Shown here piece after piece: positions 40,455 through 54,895 of a stretch of 64,000 nucleotides of DNA. The notes beneath the pieces are model-generated. The model saw only the letters and a program-made list of their open reading frames with translations. It made no database searches and was not told where the DNA came from. How positions within the stretch are numbered: the stretch's first letter is position 1; each line of letters begins with the position of its first letter. Made by a program: the position numbers and the translations under genes. This stretch comes from Laetmonice hystrix (taxonomy: Eukaryota): assembly GCA_965235115.1 (NCBI GenBank), contig OZ249436.1, forward strand, positions 50,904,001-50,968,000. Reading direction: 5' to 3'.

Positions 40455-42485
40455 CCTGCGAGCCTCAAGGTGTCTATATCCCTCCCTGACATCAAATTCA
40501 TCCTGCGAGCCTCACAAGGTGTCTATGGGCCACTCCCTCCCTGACAACAACGTCATCCTGCGAGCCTCACAAGGTGTCTATAGGCCACTCCCTCCCTGGC
40601 AACAACGTCATCCTGCGAGCCTCACAAGGTGTCTATGGGCCACTCCCTCCCTGACAACAACGTCATCCTGCGAGCCTCACAAGGTGTCTATAGGCCACTC
40701 CCTCCCTGACAACAACGTCATCCTGCGAGCCTCACAAGGTGTCTATGGGCCACTCCCTCCCTGACAACAACGTCATCCTGCGAGCCTCACAAGATGTCTA
40801 TGGGCCACTCCTTCCCTGACAACAACGTCATCCTGCGAGCCTCACAAGGTGTCTATAGGCCACTCCCTCCCTGACAACAACGTCATCCTGCGAGCATCAC
40901 AAGGTGTCTATAGGCCACTCCCTCCCTGACAACAACGTCATCCTGCGAGCCTCACAAGGTGTCTATAGGCCACTCCCTCCCTGACAACAACGTCATCCTG
41001 CGAGCCTCACAAGGTGTCTATAGGCCACTCCCTCCCTGACAACAACGTCATCCTGCGAGCCTCACAAGGTGTCTATAGGCCACTCCCTCCCTGACAACAA
41101 CGTCATCCTGCGAGCATCACAAGGTGTCTATAGGCCACTCCCTCCCTGACAACAACGTCATCCTGCGAGCCTCACAAGGTGTCTATAGGCCACTCCCTCC
41201 CTGACAACAACGTCATCCTGCGAGCCTCACAAGGTGTCTATAGGCCACTCCCTCCCTGACAACAACGTCATCCTGCGAGCCTCACAAGGTGTCTATAGGC
41301 CACTCCCTCCCTGACAACAACGTCATCCTGCGAGCCTCACAAGGTGTCTATAGGCCACTCCCTCCCTGACAACAACGTCATCCTGCGAGCATCACAAGGT
41401 GTCTATAGGCCACTCCCTCCCTGACAACAACGTCATCCTGCGAACCTCACAAGGTGTCTGTAGGCAACTCCCTCCCTGACAACAACGTCATCCTGCGAGC
41501 ATCACAAGGTGTCTATAGGCCACTCCCTCCCTGACAACAACGTCATCCTGCGAGCATCACAAGGTGTCTATAGGCCACTCCCTCCCTGACAACAACGTCA
41601 TCCTGCGAGCCTCACAAGGTGTCTATAGGCCACTCCCTCCCTGACAACAACGTCATCCTGCGAGCCTCACAAGGTGTCTATAGGCCACTCCCTCCCTGAC
41701 AACAACGTCATCCTGCGAGCCTCACAAGGTGTCTATAGGACACTCCCTCCCTGACAACAACGTCATCCTGCGAGCCTCACAAGGTGTCTATAGGCCACTC
41801 CCTCCCTGACATCAACGTCATCCTCGAGCATCACAAGGTGTCTATAGGCCACTCCTTCCCTGACAACAACGTCATCCTGCGAGCCTCACAAGGTGTCTAT
41901 AGGCCACTCCCTCCCTGACAACAACGTCATCCTGCGAGCATCACAAGGTGTCTATAGGCCACTCCCTCCCTGACATCAACGTCATCCTGCGAGCATCACA
42001 AGGTGTCTATAGGCCACTCCCTCCCTGACATCAACGTCATCCTCGAGCATCACAAGGTGTCTATAGGCCACTCCTTCCCTGACAACAACGTCATCCTGCG
42101 AGCCTCACAAGATGTCTATAGGCCACTCCCTCCCTGACAACAACGTCATCCTGCGAGCCTCACAAGGTGTCTATAGGCCACTCCCTCCCTGACAACAACG
42201 TCATCCTGCGAGCCTCACAAGATGTCTATAGGCCACTCCCTCCCTGACAACAACGTCATCCTGCGAGCCTCACAAGGTGTCTATAGGCCACTCCCTCCCT
42301 GACAACAACGTCATCCTGCGAGCCTCACAAGATGTCTATAGGCCACTCCCTCCCTGACAACAACGTCATCCTGCGAGCCTCACAAGGTGTCTATAGGCCA
42401 CTCCCTCCCTGACAACAACGTCATCCTGCGAGCCTCACAAGGTGTCTATAGGCCACTCCCTCCCTGACAACAACGTCATCCTGCG
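40455..42485. repeat. 55-bp minisatellite, ~37 copies
   Basis: Unit CCTGCGAGCCTCACAAGGTGTCTATAGGCCACTCCCTCCCTGACAACAACGTCAT; highly homogeneous. Confidence 0.97.
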
Positions 42486-44018
42486 CCAATTGCACTGGCA
42501 ATCTGGGACACACACGGCCAATGAACCGGACTGTCCTAGAGTCTACGTACGTGTGCTAATGAAACCTGTCATGGGAATAATCCCGGCATGAGTGGCAAAT
42601 ATCTTGAGTCACTTCAAACTTTTAGTATATTCATCCAAGTGCATAGGTAAATTTAGGTAACGCAGTGGTGATATCCTGTTTACCAAACATGAATTTATAT
42701 TGACTGATCAGATACGCAGAAGGCAGTGAGTGTTTTGCCGGTATTTTTTTAAATACACGCGACCTCAGTGTTGCAATGACACCCATTTCTTGACCCCCAG
42801 ACTCCTCGAAGCGGTTCACGTGCCAAAGTAAAGCAGAGTAAATCAATCAAGAGTGTAGCTCTTGGCTCATCCGACGGTTACCGGCCGTTGTTCGACACTG
42901 TGACCTGATTGTCCGGCGAGTGCCAGTCAACATAGTATTTACGACAAGCTTGTAGTCAAGGTAACAATATTATCGGCCGGACGTCCACACAGAAGCTGAC
43001 GGATGGCCGCCGTGGTGAGGCCATTGCACCGGAAAGATAAGCGAGAACGGCGAGCGACGTCCTTGCCAAAACTGCCTAACTGCACATGGCCAGTTCGGCA
43101 GTAACGGGTTCTGATAGTGAGTCTGCAGGTGTCTCCTAGCAGTTGATCTCCTCTGGTATGCTATACTGACCCCCCCCCCCCCCACCTGAGAAACTGTGAG
43201 TAAACATTAAAACCTGCCCAAAGGAATGATTTAAGTATTCTTTCGAATAGATGATTGCCAATGAAATCGAGCCGTTAAAAGCTAAAAGAAGAGAACAAAG
43301 AACAACAGAATAGACGTTACACGAAAGATTAAAGGGAACCCCAGAAGAATTACGATCTGTCGTCTCTGATTACCTTCTTTAAATGGCACTCTATCTTATC
43401 GGCCGTGGCAAGAGAAAAGTACGTTCTTTTAGACGTGCCAGTTCTAAGGGTAGCTATCTCCCTCCCTCCTTCCAGCGCACAACCATTAACGGGCGTGACC
43501 AGACTGGCGCTTTAAGGCAAAAGCCACGTTAAGCAAATAGCTGAAAAAATTTACGCTTGTACCTGAACGATAAAAGGCAGTATGGGCGATGTCAGATGGC
43601 GTTTTGATGGAGAGCTTTGAGCAGTTCCGTCTCACGACAAATCGTCTACGCGCCCGATTCTATCGCCCGCACACTGAACTGAAGAGAGAAACCATGCACT
43701 CTTCATTAAATCCCCAACGGAACGCTGTCTTGGATCTAGAAGTGGTTACAAATAGTCGGCGTACATTTATCCATCAATACGTTATACAGTGTCATGAATC
43801 TTTCAGACGAAGCTAAGATTTATGACAGAACGATTTCAAATAAGTATACGTATTTAGAGCTAAAAGTAGGTACAAATATCGCGGCACCAGATGGTGGGCA
43901 GCCTCCAATGATTGCAGCAGTAGACGCCGTAGTCATCAGTGTCTCGTGGGCTGAGACATATCGACGGTGTGGTCGTTTGGCGCGGCTTTCACCAAAAAAC
44001 CATCGCAGTTCAGCCTAC

Positions 44019-44445
44019 TATGGAAAACCGGTACGACATGCTAAATGCGATATGTGAAATGCCTTGTGCGAAATGCGTTATGCCTTATTAAGTGAAATGC
44101 GCTGTGCGTTATGTGCGAAATGCTTTATGTGAAATGCGAAATGTGTTTCAAAGGGTAGGCCTAACAATATTTGAACTTTAAAAAAGATGACAGATCCGGA
44201 GAGGGGGTATATATAGGTCTATTAAATTAGTCCGACCGCCCAATAGTCCGACACCCACTTTAATTGGCCTAAAACCAAATAGTTATAACTAACCCTAAAC
44301 CTAACCTTAACTCTAATCCATAGGTAGGGATAATGACGTAGGCTATAGCCTACAGTAGTCAGTCCCCCATTTAGCATAAAGCATGAAGCATAAAGCATAA
44401 TGCATGATGCATGAACTATTTAGCATGTCGTACCAGCTTTCCATA
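44019..44445. mobile_element. MITE with TATGG...CCATA ends and 6-bp TSD (IS3EU-like)
   Basis: GCCTAC|TATGGAAAACCGGTACGACATGCTAAAT...ATTTAGCATGTCGTACCAGCTTTCCATA|GCCTTC (5/6 TSD match); short subterminal repeats. Confidence 0.7.
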
Positions 44446-47400
44446 GCCTTCAGCGCTCAGAGATTAGCTCTCAGCTAACTCAGCGACAGGCCAGCAGACG
44501 GCCCACCATGGACCGGAAGTAGAGTAAGACGCACATGGACAACCAGTATAGCTGGTTTCCGGGGTGATCTGGACGCGGGCGTTCCCGCGGCCCCTCTTTT
44601 AATTACTTCGAGCCATTTCAGTTTGCGGGCTTCATTGGTTTATTACACTCCCCTGCCGCACCGTACCGACAGGGGTCCATGGCCCAATGTGATATCATTA
44701 CAGCATCTGCATGTTATGATCACCAACACAAGGTGATATCAACGTGTCTTAGCCTCATATAATCTCCCATTGCCATCAGTACTCACACAATCTGTTATTA
44801 AAATCACGAGTCTTAACAACGAAATTTGAAATTTGACGCCAGATTGAATACGCTAGATTTTCCATTCTACTTATCTCTATCATACAAACTGTAATATTCG
44901 CAGTATATGGTGGTCCTACTACGGGATAAGAAAATCACCCTCAGAACTTTTGTACTTACAATTGGGCTCTCTTTAGTTATATAGTCGAGGATACATCCAA
45001 CTAAATAAGAAGAAGGAAGGCTAGCAGAATTGTTAACTTACGGGCGCATTATGGAGAATTTCATGAAAAATGTTTGACATACTGTAATAGTGACGACCAC
45101 AATACAAAATGGCCCAATTTTAATTTTGTCAAAAATATTCTGAGAGAAAAGAATAATATGAGATGTCGTGTTGTACCCATGCTTTGTCCAACGTATTATA
45201 TACATAGCTCATATCTAAAAATGTCCACATAAAATCGATGTTCTGACACGTAAGATCGAAATCGCGTGCGCCGTCACAAAATACAACCGCTTAAATAAGA
45301 CAACCACGAGGGATGTGCGCATGGCTCCCTGGCCGGAAGTAGGACTCGAGGACAACTCGCCGCCCAGGGGGCCGTGCAGCTTATATCGACCAGGGTCCAT
45401 TACAACTGTCGGGATTTTTTAAAAAGAGCCCTCTCTCCGTACCAATATAAAATCTATTGTCCTTGGATTCATTATCAGGAGGGTGGAGGTAGCATGTTTG
45501 AAAGTATGCCCTTCAATAGAAGTATATCTGCTCGCCTCTCTGCTTTCGGCTACAACCGGCAGCGATTTTCATGTCACACATAGTCATCAATGAATCTCAA
45601 AATAATGCAAACTGCCTAAAGCGTAACTTTTATATGGGGTTGCATAATATCTTTGAATTACTTCAAAATCTACCCCCAAAAAAGGAATCTTACCACGTTT
45701 AATGAGAGCCGAATTTATGAACGTACATGTATACAAATGACCAATCTTGCAATGGCTAGCTCACAGGCAGGGTAGTTGCATAGATCGCGTTGGCTGACTG
45801 GCATTTCCCGACGCTTGTGCCTCGTTTAGAGCAATAGTGAAAATCGTAAACCACAAGAAGAATCCTTTGCCGTAGCTATGGCAACATATAAATGGCAGCG
45901 TTACCAGTTGCAACAGGAACCGCGACCCCTGACTGTCACTGGTGTTGTGACGTGTCACACGTGTTGTGGTGGCGTTGTCTGAGGTTAACGGCCAATGGTC
46001 TCTCTGCTTGTTCCGCTCTGCTCTGCTGATGGCACGGGTGTTAAGAGCCTGTTTTCAGCAGGTAGCATTGTCCTTTCATAACCTACAGTTATCGTATCTC
46101 TGTGATGTGAGGCATTTCCAAATGCAATCGATTCAAAATAAGATTATTGTCTGATAACTCTGATTGCATTCCGAATTGAGTAGCGTGTCGCGTGCTGACA
46201 ATAGGTTCCCATCAATTTAACTCGCTGAGGGGTTTAATCGATTGCACTGTTCTAAAAGACGCTTCCGCCGGAAATTAGAAGTGCCCTGCTGATGTAGGAA
46301 AATCGGAGAGGAAAGAGACCACTTCAGCCGATTATACATTTCATTCCGAGAAACGGAAAACGGATATAATTCACTTGAGAAGCGATGATTAACTGAACAG
46401 GGATACAATGAGCCAGGCATGGATGGTATAAAAACGAGGCAAGTGGAATATCTTCAACTGGAACTTGTCGCTTAACGCCAACGCAGCATTATTGACGGGA
46501 ATAGTGCTCGACACGTCCTATTGGAGACGTCCTATACCCGAAACATCAGCAGGATCCAATCAACACAATAAAGTACGCCATATTGGTGATTACCTAAAAC
46601 AACGTCTACCTTGTCCCTTTACCGGGACGGTATCTGGTAGAGCAACGTTTGTAAACAACTCCATGGACACTCAAAGCTCCGTACATATGTCTGTTTTCAT
46701 TATACAGGTTATAACCATGATACATGTTTAATCACTGTTTTAATCAGTACGCTTTTATCACGTCATGGGCAATGACATTCTATAGTCTCATCAACCTCTT
46801 GTCTAATTAGCCTGAGTCATGAGCATGTGAGGATATGTGTTTCACAACGTGTTTGGTTGTAAACAGCCGTAGGCTACATGCAGGTGACATCTCAACCCAT
46901 TTATATTATCATCACATGCTGAGGTTTATACAAACGCACTTTGAGAGCATGTGAACACACCGCCATAACGTTCACGACACGGATCGATCAGTGTAGATCT
47001 GCTACCTACACCATCGAGCCCAAGGGGGCGGGGGTGCTGCGGAGTGGGTTACACATACCCTGACGTCAGATGGATTGGGATATGGCGCCTCAATGCTCCA
47101 CATCTCTCCGGGTATAGTCTATACTCTAGGTCAGCCAATCAGTGGTGGCGTATTAAGTCTAATCCACCCCCGTCCAATCAATGACGCTGTTTCAGGTCTG
47201 CTTCATTTAACTCATCTGACAACATCGTGTGTGTCCTCCGTAGTAATGGATTCTCGACAAGGAACACATTTATCTAATCAGAAAGAAGTCCTCCGAAACA
47301 ACATCACGAAATGCAACCAATTTTACATTACGTGCTTATCTCTGTTTATCTTCGCACGAACTCCCGGACGGGATTGGAGTTTGCCTTGGAGAGATGGTCA

Positions 47401-47450
47401 TCATACCAATGATAAGATATGAGTTACGAGGGAGTGGCTGCGTATGATGT

Positions 47451-47640
47451 GGTTATTCCCCCATGGTAACTTCCCCATAAACTTTTTGGGTAGGGGTTCG
47501 GGTTAAGGTCAGGCCTAGGGATAGGGATATGTTTTGGGAGGTGTAAGGACCGGGGTTAGGGGTTAGGGATACGGTCGATATGGATCTTTACTTCTGTCTG
47601 ATCAAATTTCGTGGGGGTTAAGTTTCCACGGGGCATATAT
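47451..47640 (+). mobile_element. Family A interspersed repeat copy
   Basis: Collinear with 5772-5962. Confidence 0.75.
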
Positions 47641-49289
47641 CTATGATATAATAAAAGTAACCGGTGAGTAGAGTTGGGGGAGTGTAACCCCCAGACAGCA
47701 GTATCTCAGCTATATCAGGGCGAGAACAAGGTAACTAACTCGGTCGGTGAAATCCATTGTGTGATAATGATGATAGGAAGAAACCCGCGCACCGGGGCGA
47801 ACCCCTACTCCTCTTCGATAGATTCCAACTGAACTAATCAGACCAATGAGAGATGCAGATGAAATCTGTTGAATAAGCCTAAACTTTTGTCGTCTCTGCT
47901 CTATGATTTTATGGACATTATGAAAGTATCCCGATTGTGAGGGGTTTCTGACAGGGCGCATGCGGCCAAGATACACAGACCGATTTACGGCCGATTTTAA
48001 GATACGGCCGATTTTTCTCAATCGGAAAACTATGGAGAAAAATCGGCCGTATCTCAAAATCGCCCTTAAATCGGTTGCGATCTCCCAAACGGACGTCAAT
48101 TTCTAGGAGTTTGTGAATGATGATCAAGTCAGTTTTCTCTGGGTGTGAAGGCAACTGGCTGTCGGTGACGACGTAAAACAACGTCCCTAAAAATAGACCC
48201 AACATCTAGGTCATCCGTTACGTTATCAGGCGCATCACCTGCATGGGTTAGGGGCAACTTTATCAGCCTGGCTGTGTGGCACCAGCAAACGGCAATTGCC
48301 TCTCACTTTTCTTCTTTCATTTGAAGTACTTCTATAAATTAATAACTATCTGACTAGTATGGCTCGGCAAGCAATAATAGGCCGCTAGAGATAATATACC
48401 GCAGCAAACGAAAAAGTAGAATATTATGACCAGTAATTATTTGTCCTCTCTAGTAGGCCTAGATGTTCTCTATGAGAAAGAATCTAGACATCTAGATCTA
48501 CATATCTTTCTATTTTATCTCTGCGTATGCTGAATCATCTACCTTATCTAATCCAGTGAATGGGAAAGCCGCCATACATTCTCTTTCCACCCATTGTATT
48601 CGTCTCTTCCAGCAATGTGGTCATAATATCTGAGCCTATACCCAGACCTCCTTACCGCCAAGTCATGCGGCAAGTGATCTTCAATGAGAATAGTATTCAC
48701 AGCGAAACATTTTCAAAGAGGTATAGAATTCATTGACCGGATGTCGTAGGTGGCTTCGGTAGAGACAAATGGAAAGCGGCTGTATTGTGTGACACCTGCA
48801 TTGTTTACTCCAGTGATGTAGAGTAAGGAACATTGGGCTGGCTTCAAGCTCTGTACACTATACACATCCTATCAGCAATCTCCCTGCGGGTCTAACGCCA
48901 CGAATCTCTTCTATCTCTATCTGCACAGGGCCGTAATTGATTGTAGTCTCCCTGGACAAGAAGCACCATTTTTCAGATTTACAAAGGGCAGAAGGTAAAG
49001 ACCTACATAAATATTGTAAAGACCATTACTGCATTAGAATAAATGAAACGGGAAAAATATAGGGCAAAACACAAGGCTACGAACTTTACCCATTTTATAC
49101 CCATGTAGAAATAATAGGTTACCTGGCTACCTGCGCATCTTTGTATCGATCCATATACATGTAAAGATGGCCTCATATGTCTACTACCATGGTCTGGTGG
49201 TGACATACACACACACATAAATATATGTGTGGGTGTAGGGCAATAAACAGCTCAGTACACACCCACACACAAACTTGTGTGGGTGCGTG

Positions 49290-49680
49290 TATTAAATACA
49301 AAAACTTCTTGCATTTAATACAAAAACTTTTTGTATTTAATACAAAAAGTTTTCGTATATATACCAAAACTTTCTGTATTAAATACAAAAACTTTTTGTA
49401 TTTAATACAAAAGCTTTTTGTATTTAATACAGAAAGTTTTTGTATTTAATACAGAAAGTTTTTGTATTTAATACAGAAAGTTTTTGTATTTAATACAGAA
49501 AGTTTTTGTATTTAATACAGAAAGTTTTTGTATTTAATACAAAAAGTTTTTGTATTTAATACAAAAAGTTTTTGTATTTAATACAAAAAGTTTTTGTATT
49601 TAATACAGAAAGTTTTTGTATTAAATACAGAAAGTTTTTGTATTTAATACAGAAAGTTTTCGTATATATACAGAAACTTA
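49290..49680. repeat. ~21-bp semi-palindromic AT-rich array in the left TIR
   Basis: TATTTAATACAGAAAGTTTTTG-type units in both orientations; mirrored at 58905-59272. Confidence 0.9.
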
Positions 49681-50220
49681 CTCTTGCATATCCAATCTGC
49701 AGTTCATTGCTTAGGGTGTCGTAGTTCACAGAATCTTTATCGCTTTCTAATTGAGTGGAACGAATCAGAACGGAGGGATTGAGGGAGGCTGGGCGGGGAG
49801 GTAACCGACTGACCTAGTATAGACCATCAGTTACCATGCATGCACTTGTCTGGCCACAGTATTGGCACCCTCTTCCCGACTCACTCGTGACTGACCCAGT
49901 CTGCATCCACACTTCTTATGGTCCTGTCATTATCAGAGATCTCCTTCATTATATTCTATATTTTTAAGATACTTGCTCATGAAATCAAAAGCTGGGCATT
50001 GTCATAAATCAATAAATATTATGACATGTCATGCTCAGGGTGGGTTTCCACTATTTTTCCATTGATTTGAGCAATATTATTAACTATGACCCAGCAAACA
50101 GGATGGAAGTGTTGCACTGGTACCAACATGTGTGAAACTCGTTAACTTAACAACGTTGTGTGCTGCAGTTAAATGCATACAAGGGACAGACATTCAGAAT
50201 TTGACAGCATCTCTTCCTTA

Positions 50221-50614
50221 GGCCCCCCCCCCCCCCCAAAAAAAAAATAAATCCCGGTTTCTGGTCCGCGCGCGCGTCACTTCAAATGCCGCGCATCAGT
50301 GTTTTTTTTTCTTCCCCTCACCTTGGATGACTGTGAATTGCGCTTCCACCTAGTGGTAAGGCTTGAAACTAACCAATTTTGTAATGGATATTTCATTAAC
50401 ATTGCAACGGAAGTGTGTTGTATGCAAAGCGATGACAACAAAGGTCATGGCCCTTGTTTATGAGTTCATTTTACATGATATCGTATGAGGCTTACCATTG
50501 TAGCCAGCTCTCACCCCCAAAAAAATCTTTAACAAAGAAAAAAAAAAAACGCGTCACCGCACCACTTTTGAAATGTTCTTCGGACCAGAAACCGGGAATT
50601 TTATTTTTTTGGCC
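50221..50614. mobile_element. MITE with TTA TSD (PIF/Harbinger-like)
   Basis: TTA|GGCC...ATAAATCCCGGTTTCTGGTCCG ... CGGACCAGAAACCGGGAATTTTATTTTTTTGGCC|TTA. Confidence 0.75.
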
Positions 50615-51393
50615 TTATAAGTTCTGGCACCAAATTTACCGTGACGGTCCGATCGTGGTGGGTCAGGTTGCAGTGACAGCCTCTGTCTGACCTAGAATTG
50701 CCATTTCCGAAATGAATCAGCCGGTTAGTTCCCACCAGAAAATTATATATTCAGTCATTAGTAGTCATTGACTATAACTAAATATGGTATATTTTCATGC
50801 AATTTGTAGCCTACGTCTTAAATTCCCCTTTCCCTTGGCATACGTACGTACGAAGATCAGTCTAATGTATGTTTTCTTGAATGTTTTCTTCGTCAGTTTG
50901 TAACCTGCGTGATGATTCACACATCTATTTGGTTTGCTGTGCCTTTGCAACTGTAGATCAACTGAACTTTCTTTTTCTGCAAAGAACAGACTGTTTGCCG
51001 GAGAAAATATTATTAGGGCTATATAGGGTGCTGATATGGTACCTATACAACGAAGACCTATAGAGACCCAAAATCGAAGACCCCGCCCTTTTTCATTATA
51101 TCATCTTGTTATGTCACCAAACCTTGTCGAACTACACCATACTGCTGGTAAATTGAGGAAACAATCAGGGGTTTCTTTTACTAGTTTACCCCCCCCCCCT
51201 TAAAACTAAGTTGCCGAGAGAAGTTTCGGGAGAGGTGTCGGGAGAAGAGCCGGGAGAGGTGTCTCGAGAGCAGCCGGGACGTGCCGGGAGAGGTGCCCGG
51301 AGAGGAGCCGCGCGGTGCCCGAAGAATGCTCGCGGTCAGAGGTTTCCATGGCCTGATCATCAATTATGTCATGTTCACATAGCTGTCAACATG

Positions 51394-51559
51394 CAGTGGC
51401 GTACCCAGAAACTGGACCCAGGGGGGGGGGGGGTGCTGGAAATAACCAATGTCGTAGGCGCTGCAAATTGGTAACAAGCGCACCAAAAAACAAAGCAAAA
51501 AAATTGGCAAATTGAGGGGGGTGCTTGAGCACCCAAGCACCCCCCTGGGTACGCTACTG
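51394..51559. mobile_element. Small poly-G MITE
   Basis: CAGTGGCGTACCCAG...CTGGGTACGCTACTG, flanked by an ACATG direct repeat. Confidence 0.7.
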
Positions 51560-52587
51560 ACATGTATCAGGGAAAATACCGTAGATCTTTTTCTGGCCTG
51601 TGTATCAGGATGTGCCGAAGGTACATGGGCACTGCTGAGGGGCTCCGGGGGCATGCTCCCCTATAACATTTTTAAATCTAAAGTGCAAACCATGCATTCT
51701 CCTAAAAGAAAATTTTAACATTTATTTCACAGCTTCAAAACATCCAGCTCTCAATACCTTAACTTTTGCATCAAGTATAAAACAAAATGACAAAGGCGAT
51801 AGATTTGTAGCAATCAGAATCATTATACATAATAAGCTCATAAGAGCTTTAAAAACAGTGTTATTACCACTATGTGCAGTGTTACCAGAGGTTCACATCA
51901 CTTTCCCCAATCATTAATGGAAAGCGGCAAGTGCATGCCGTGCGGGGAGAAAATCTATCAATCGCTCAGCGCGGAACTTTCTTCCACACGGCCGACCCTC
52001 GGGACAAACCAGGGTGTACCCTCGTAGTGTTCTTAGGGTGGGGCCACACTAAAATAGCCGACCGACCGTCAGATTTACGGATCTGGTGGGGAGCGGGTGG
52101 TCTTCTCTGCGATCGGGAGTAGAAATCTGTCCAGTATAGGTCAACAGCCGATTATACCAAAAATCTACCCGATTGCCCGATTTCGACGAGCAGATTGCCA
52201 TCAGATTAAAGGTGTTCGGAAATCAGTTTTTATTTCCACTGAGAGGCCTATAGGTTGGAACCTTTTGACAGTGTGCATGTGATATAGGCCTACTGCTATA
52301 CACATGTAACAATCATTCAAAATTTTGTAAAATCTCAAAACCTCACCTGTTCAGGTATCAGTTCTCATAAACACTAAACAGGTCACATGGAAATTCCTGA
52401 CAATAGCTGAAAATAACTAAACGTCTTGGCCACAAAACTTTATGAAACACAACAAGCTACAACTTTCAAGCAGGTCTCTGTGATAATCTCGAAAATTTTA
52501 AGAAATTTAAAATCATCGTCCTCAACGGCGTCTTGAACAATAATGTCAATCTTTATCTTGAGACGGTCAACGCTCTTGAGGTCCACG

Positions 52588-52831
52588 CAGTGGCGTAGAG
52601 GGGGGCAGGGGCTAGTGCCACGGGGCCCGGGTCAAGCTGGCTTTTCTTTAGATAGGAAGTCAAGGGAGGATCCAGGATTTTGATAAGGGGGCCCACCTAA
52701 AAAAAATATTGATGATATCATTGTCACTGTACTTCACACACACAAAGACACACGCGGTGGAGGGGTAGGTTGGTAGGAGGGGGCTATGATTTGTGCTAAC
52801 CGGGGGGCCGCCCTGGCTCTCGATGCCTCTG
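52588..52831. mobile_element. MITE with 8-bp TSD (hAT-like)
   Basis: GGTCCACG|CAGTGGCGTAGAG...CTCGATGCCTCTG|GGTCCACG. Confidence 0.8.
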
Positions 52832-53994
52832 GGTCCACGTTTGGGCTAAAAGTCTTGCTAAAGGAAGATGTCGGTTCTCATGCAGGTGCATCTAGACGAG
52901 GTGCTGGGGGGGGGGGGGCGCTCCCCCCTGATTGAGGGTGCTCAATCCGTAAGCGGTCGAATGTATAGGACATCTTGGCTGAGAAACCACTGCTCAGAAT
53001 ATTGAACCTCTTCCGACGACAACTTTACGTTCTGCTGCCCTAAACTGGAGCCAGTGGGATTGTTGGATGCAGTGCACATATCGGGTTGCATCAGGCCCAT
53101 CGCTGACCAGTCCGTTTGGTGCGTGTGAAACGATCGTTCCCGCTAAAACCGTTACACAGCGCTCCCCAGACTTCTCCAAACCATACATTTGTCGTCCAGT
53201 TCAGGTTACAAGTGGGGGTGTTTACTAGACAACCGCGGCCGTTTTCAAATAGCTGAGCTGAAATTTATTATCAAAAGAGGCTCAGAGATCTCAAAATAAT
53301 TCCATCTTATCTATGCGAATGACTACATTAGTTGTTCTGGGCAGACTTGGAACAATCAGCTGTATTTATCGTTTAGACATTTGCAAAGCTTTGCAGTTTT
53401 AAGTTGTACTGACTTTATTCGCATATATAAGAAGTTGCTAACTGAACCGATGAATCATATTAGTAATAAATATACACTGACTTTGGAATATTTACAATGA
53501 TTTAACTTTATTAACGTTATTATCTATAGCCTTGTTGAAATATAACTATCGGGAGCTTAGGCTTACAATTTAACTATTTTTGGCAGTGAGTTCCAATAGT
53601 GTTCTAACTGCGATAACAGGCAATTAATGTAGGCTAATCCTTCCACAAGAATTTATAAGGGGTGTCTGAGGGCTCGAAAGGTCGAGGGGCTGTGTTTAAA
53701 ATGAGGGCTCTTAACAAGGAGTAAGGTTGAAAGGGAGTACATCTTTATTTTGGCCCCAAAACAGTAATTTAATATTGATTCAATCATTATGCTCCAAACA
53801 AAAGCAATTGGGTGTAGGTATATTTGGGGTTCTCCCAAATAGTTTCACACGTGGAAGTACTCGATAACAGGAGCAAACCAGATACGTTGTGGAGTACCAC
53901 AATGGATCCCATCCCCGGGGTGTCCCATCTAACATGTTCTGAATAGGGATAACTATGGTACTATCTTGCACCTGTGACGACTTGTGAGCCTTAG

Positions 53995-54895
53995 AAGATG
54001 GACGTTACGTCATTATTACGTTATAAATCTTGGTCTCAATCGAAGAGCATGTATTCATGTTCGAAAGTAACTATAGGTCTATCTAGCACCGTTTACTAGT
54101 TCCAGGCTTCCACCAACCCTTAAGAGGGCTAAGTTACGTCACAAGGATGTAATAGATCACACAACATAATAAATCTTGGTGTCAATTGAAAGAACATAAT
54201 GAGGACTTTCTGTTCATATTCAATAGCAACTATGGGTCTAACATCGTTATGATGCCATAGGCCACGTGGCCTAAGAAATAATGGCGCCAAACGAAAGAGC
54301 ATACATGACTTCCTATTCGTGTTCATTAGTACCTAACTATGGGTCTAACTACTACCATTTACAAGTTATAGCCCTAAGAAAACATCGATGACATCGTTAT
54401 GATGCCATAGGCCACGTGACCTAAGAAATAATGGCGCCAAACGAAAGAGCATACATGACTTCCTATTCGTGTTCAATAGTGACTATGGGGCTATCTTCAA
54501 GCATTAACAAGTTATATCCCTAAGAAAATATCGATGACATCCTTATGACTTCACAGGTCACGTGATCTAAGAAATAATAGTGCCAAACGAAAGAGAATGC
54601 ATGACTTCCTATTCTGGTTCAGTAGTAACTATGGGTCTAACTCCTACCATTTACAAGTTCTTGCCCTGAGAAAATATCGATGACATCCTTATGACGCCAT
54701 AGGTCACGTGACCTAAGAAATAATGGTCCCAAACGAAAGGGCATACATGACTTCCTATTCGTGTTCAATAGCAACTATGCTATTCAAGCATTAACAAGTT
54801 ATATCCCTGAGAAAATATCAATGATATCCTTACCACGTCACAGGTCACGTGACCTAAAGGATGATGATACCAAGTGATAGCAAGTTATAGCCCTC
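53995..54895. repeat. ~146-bp diverged tandem repeat, ~5-6 units
   Basis: ATACATGACTTCCTATTC-like anchor at 54301, 54451, 54597, 54743; units contain GGTCACGTGACC-type palindromes. Confidence 0.85.

Noticed and set aside
40243..40544. PolyQ/polyA protein
   Set aside because: Isolated CAG microsatellite; the flanking frame has no recognisable coding character and runs into a minisatellite.
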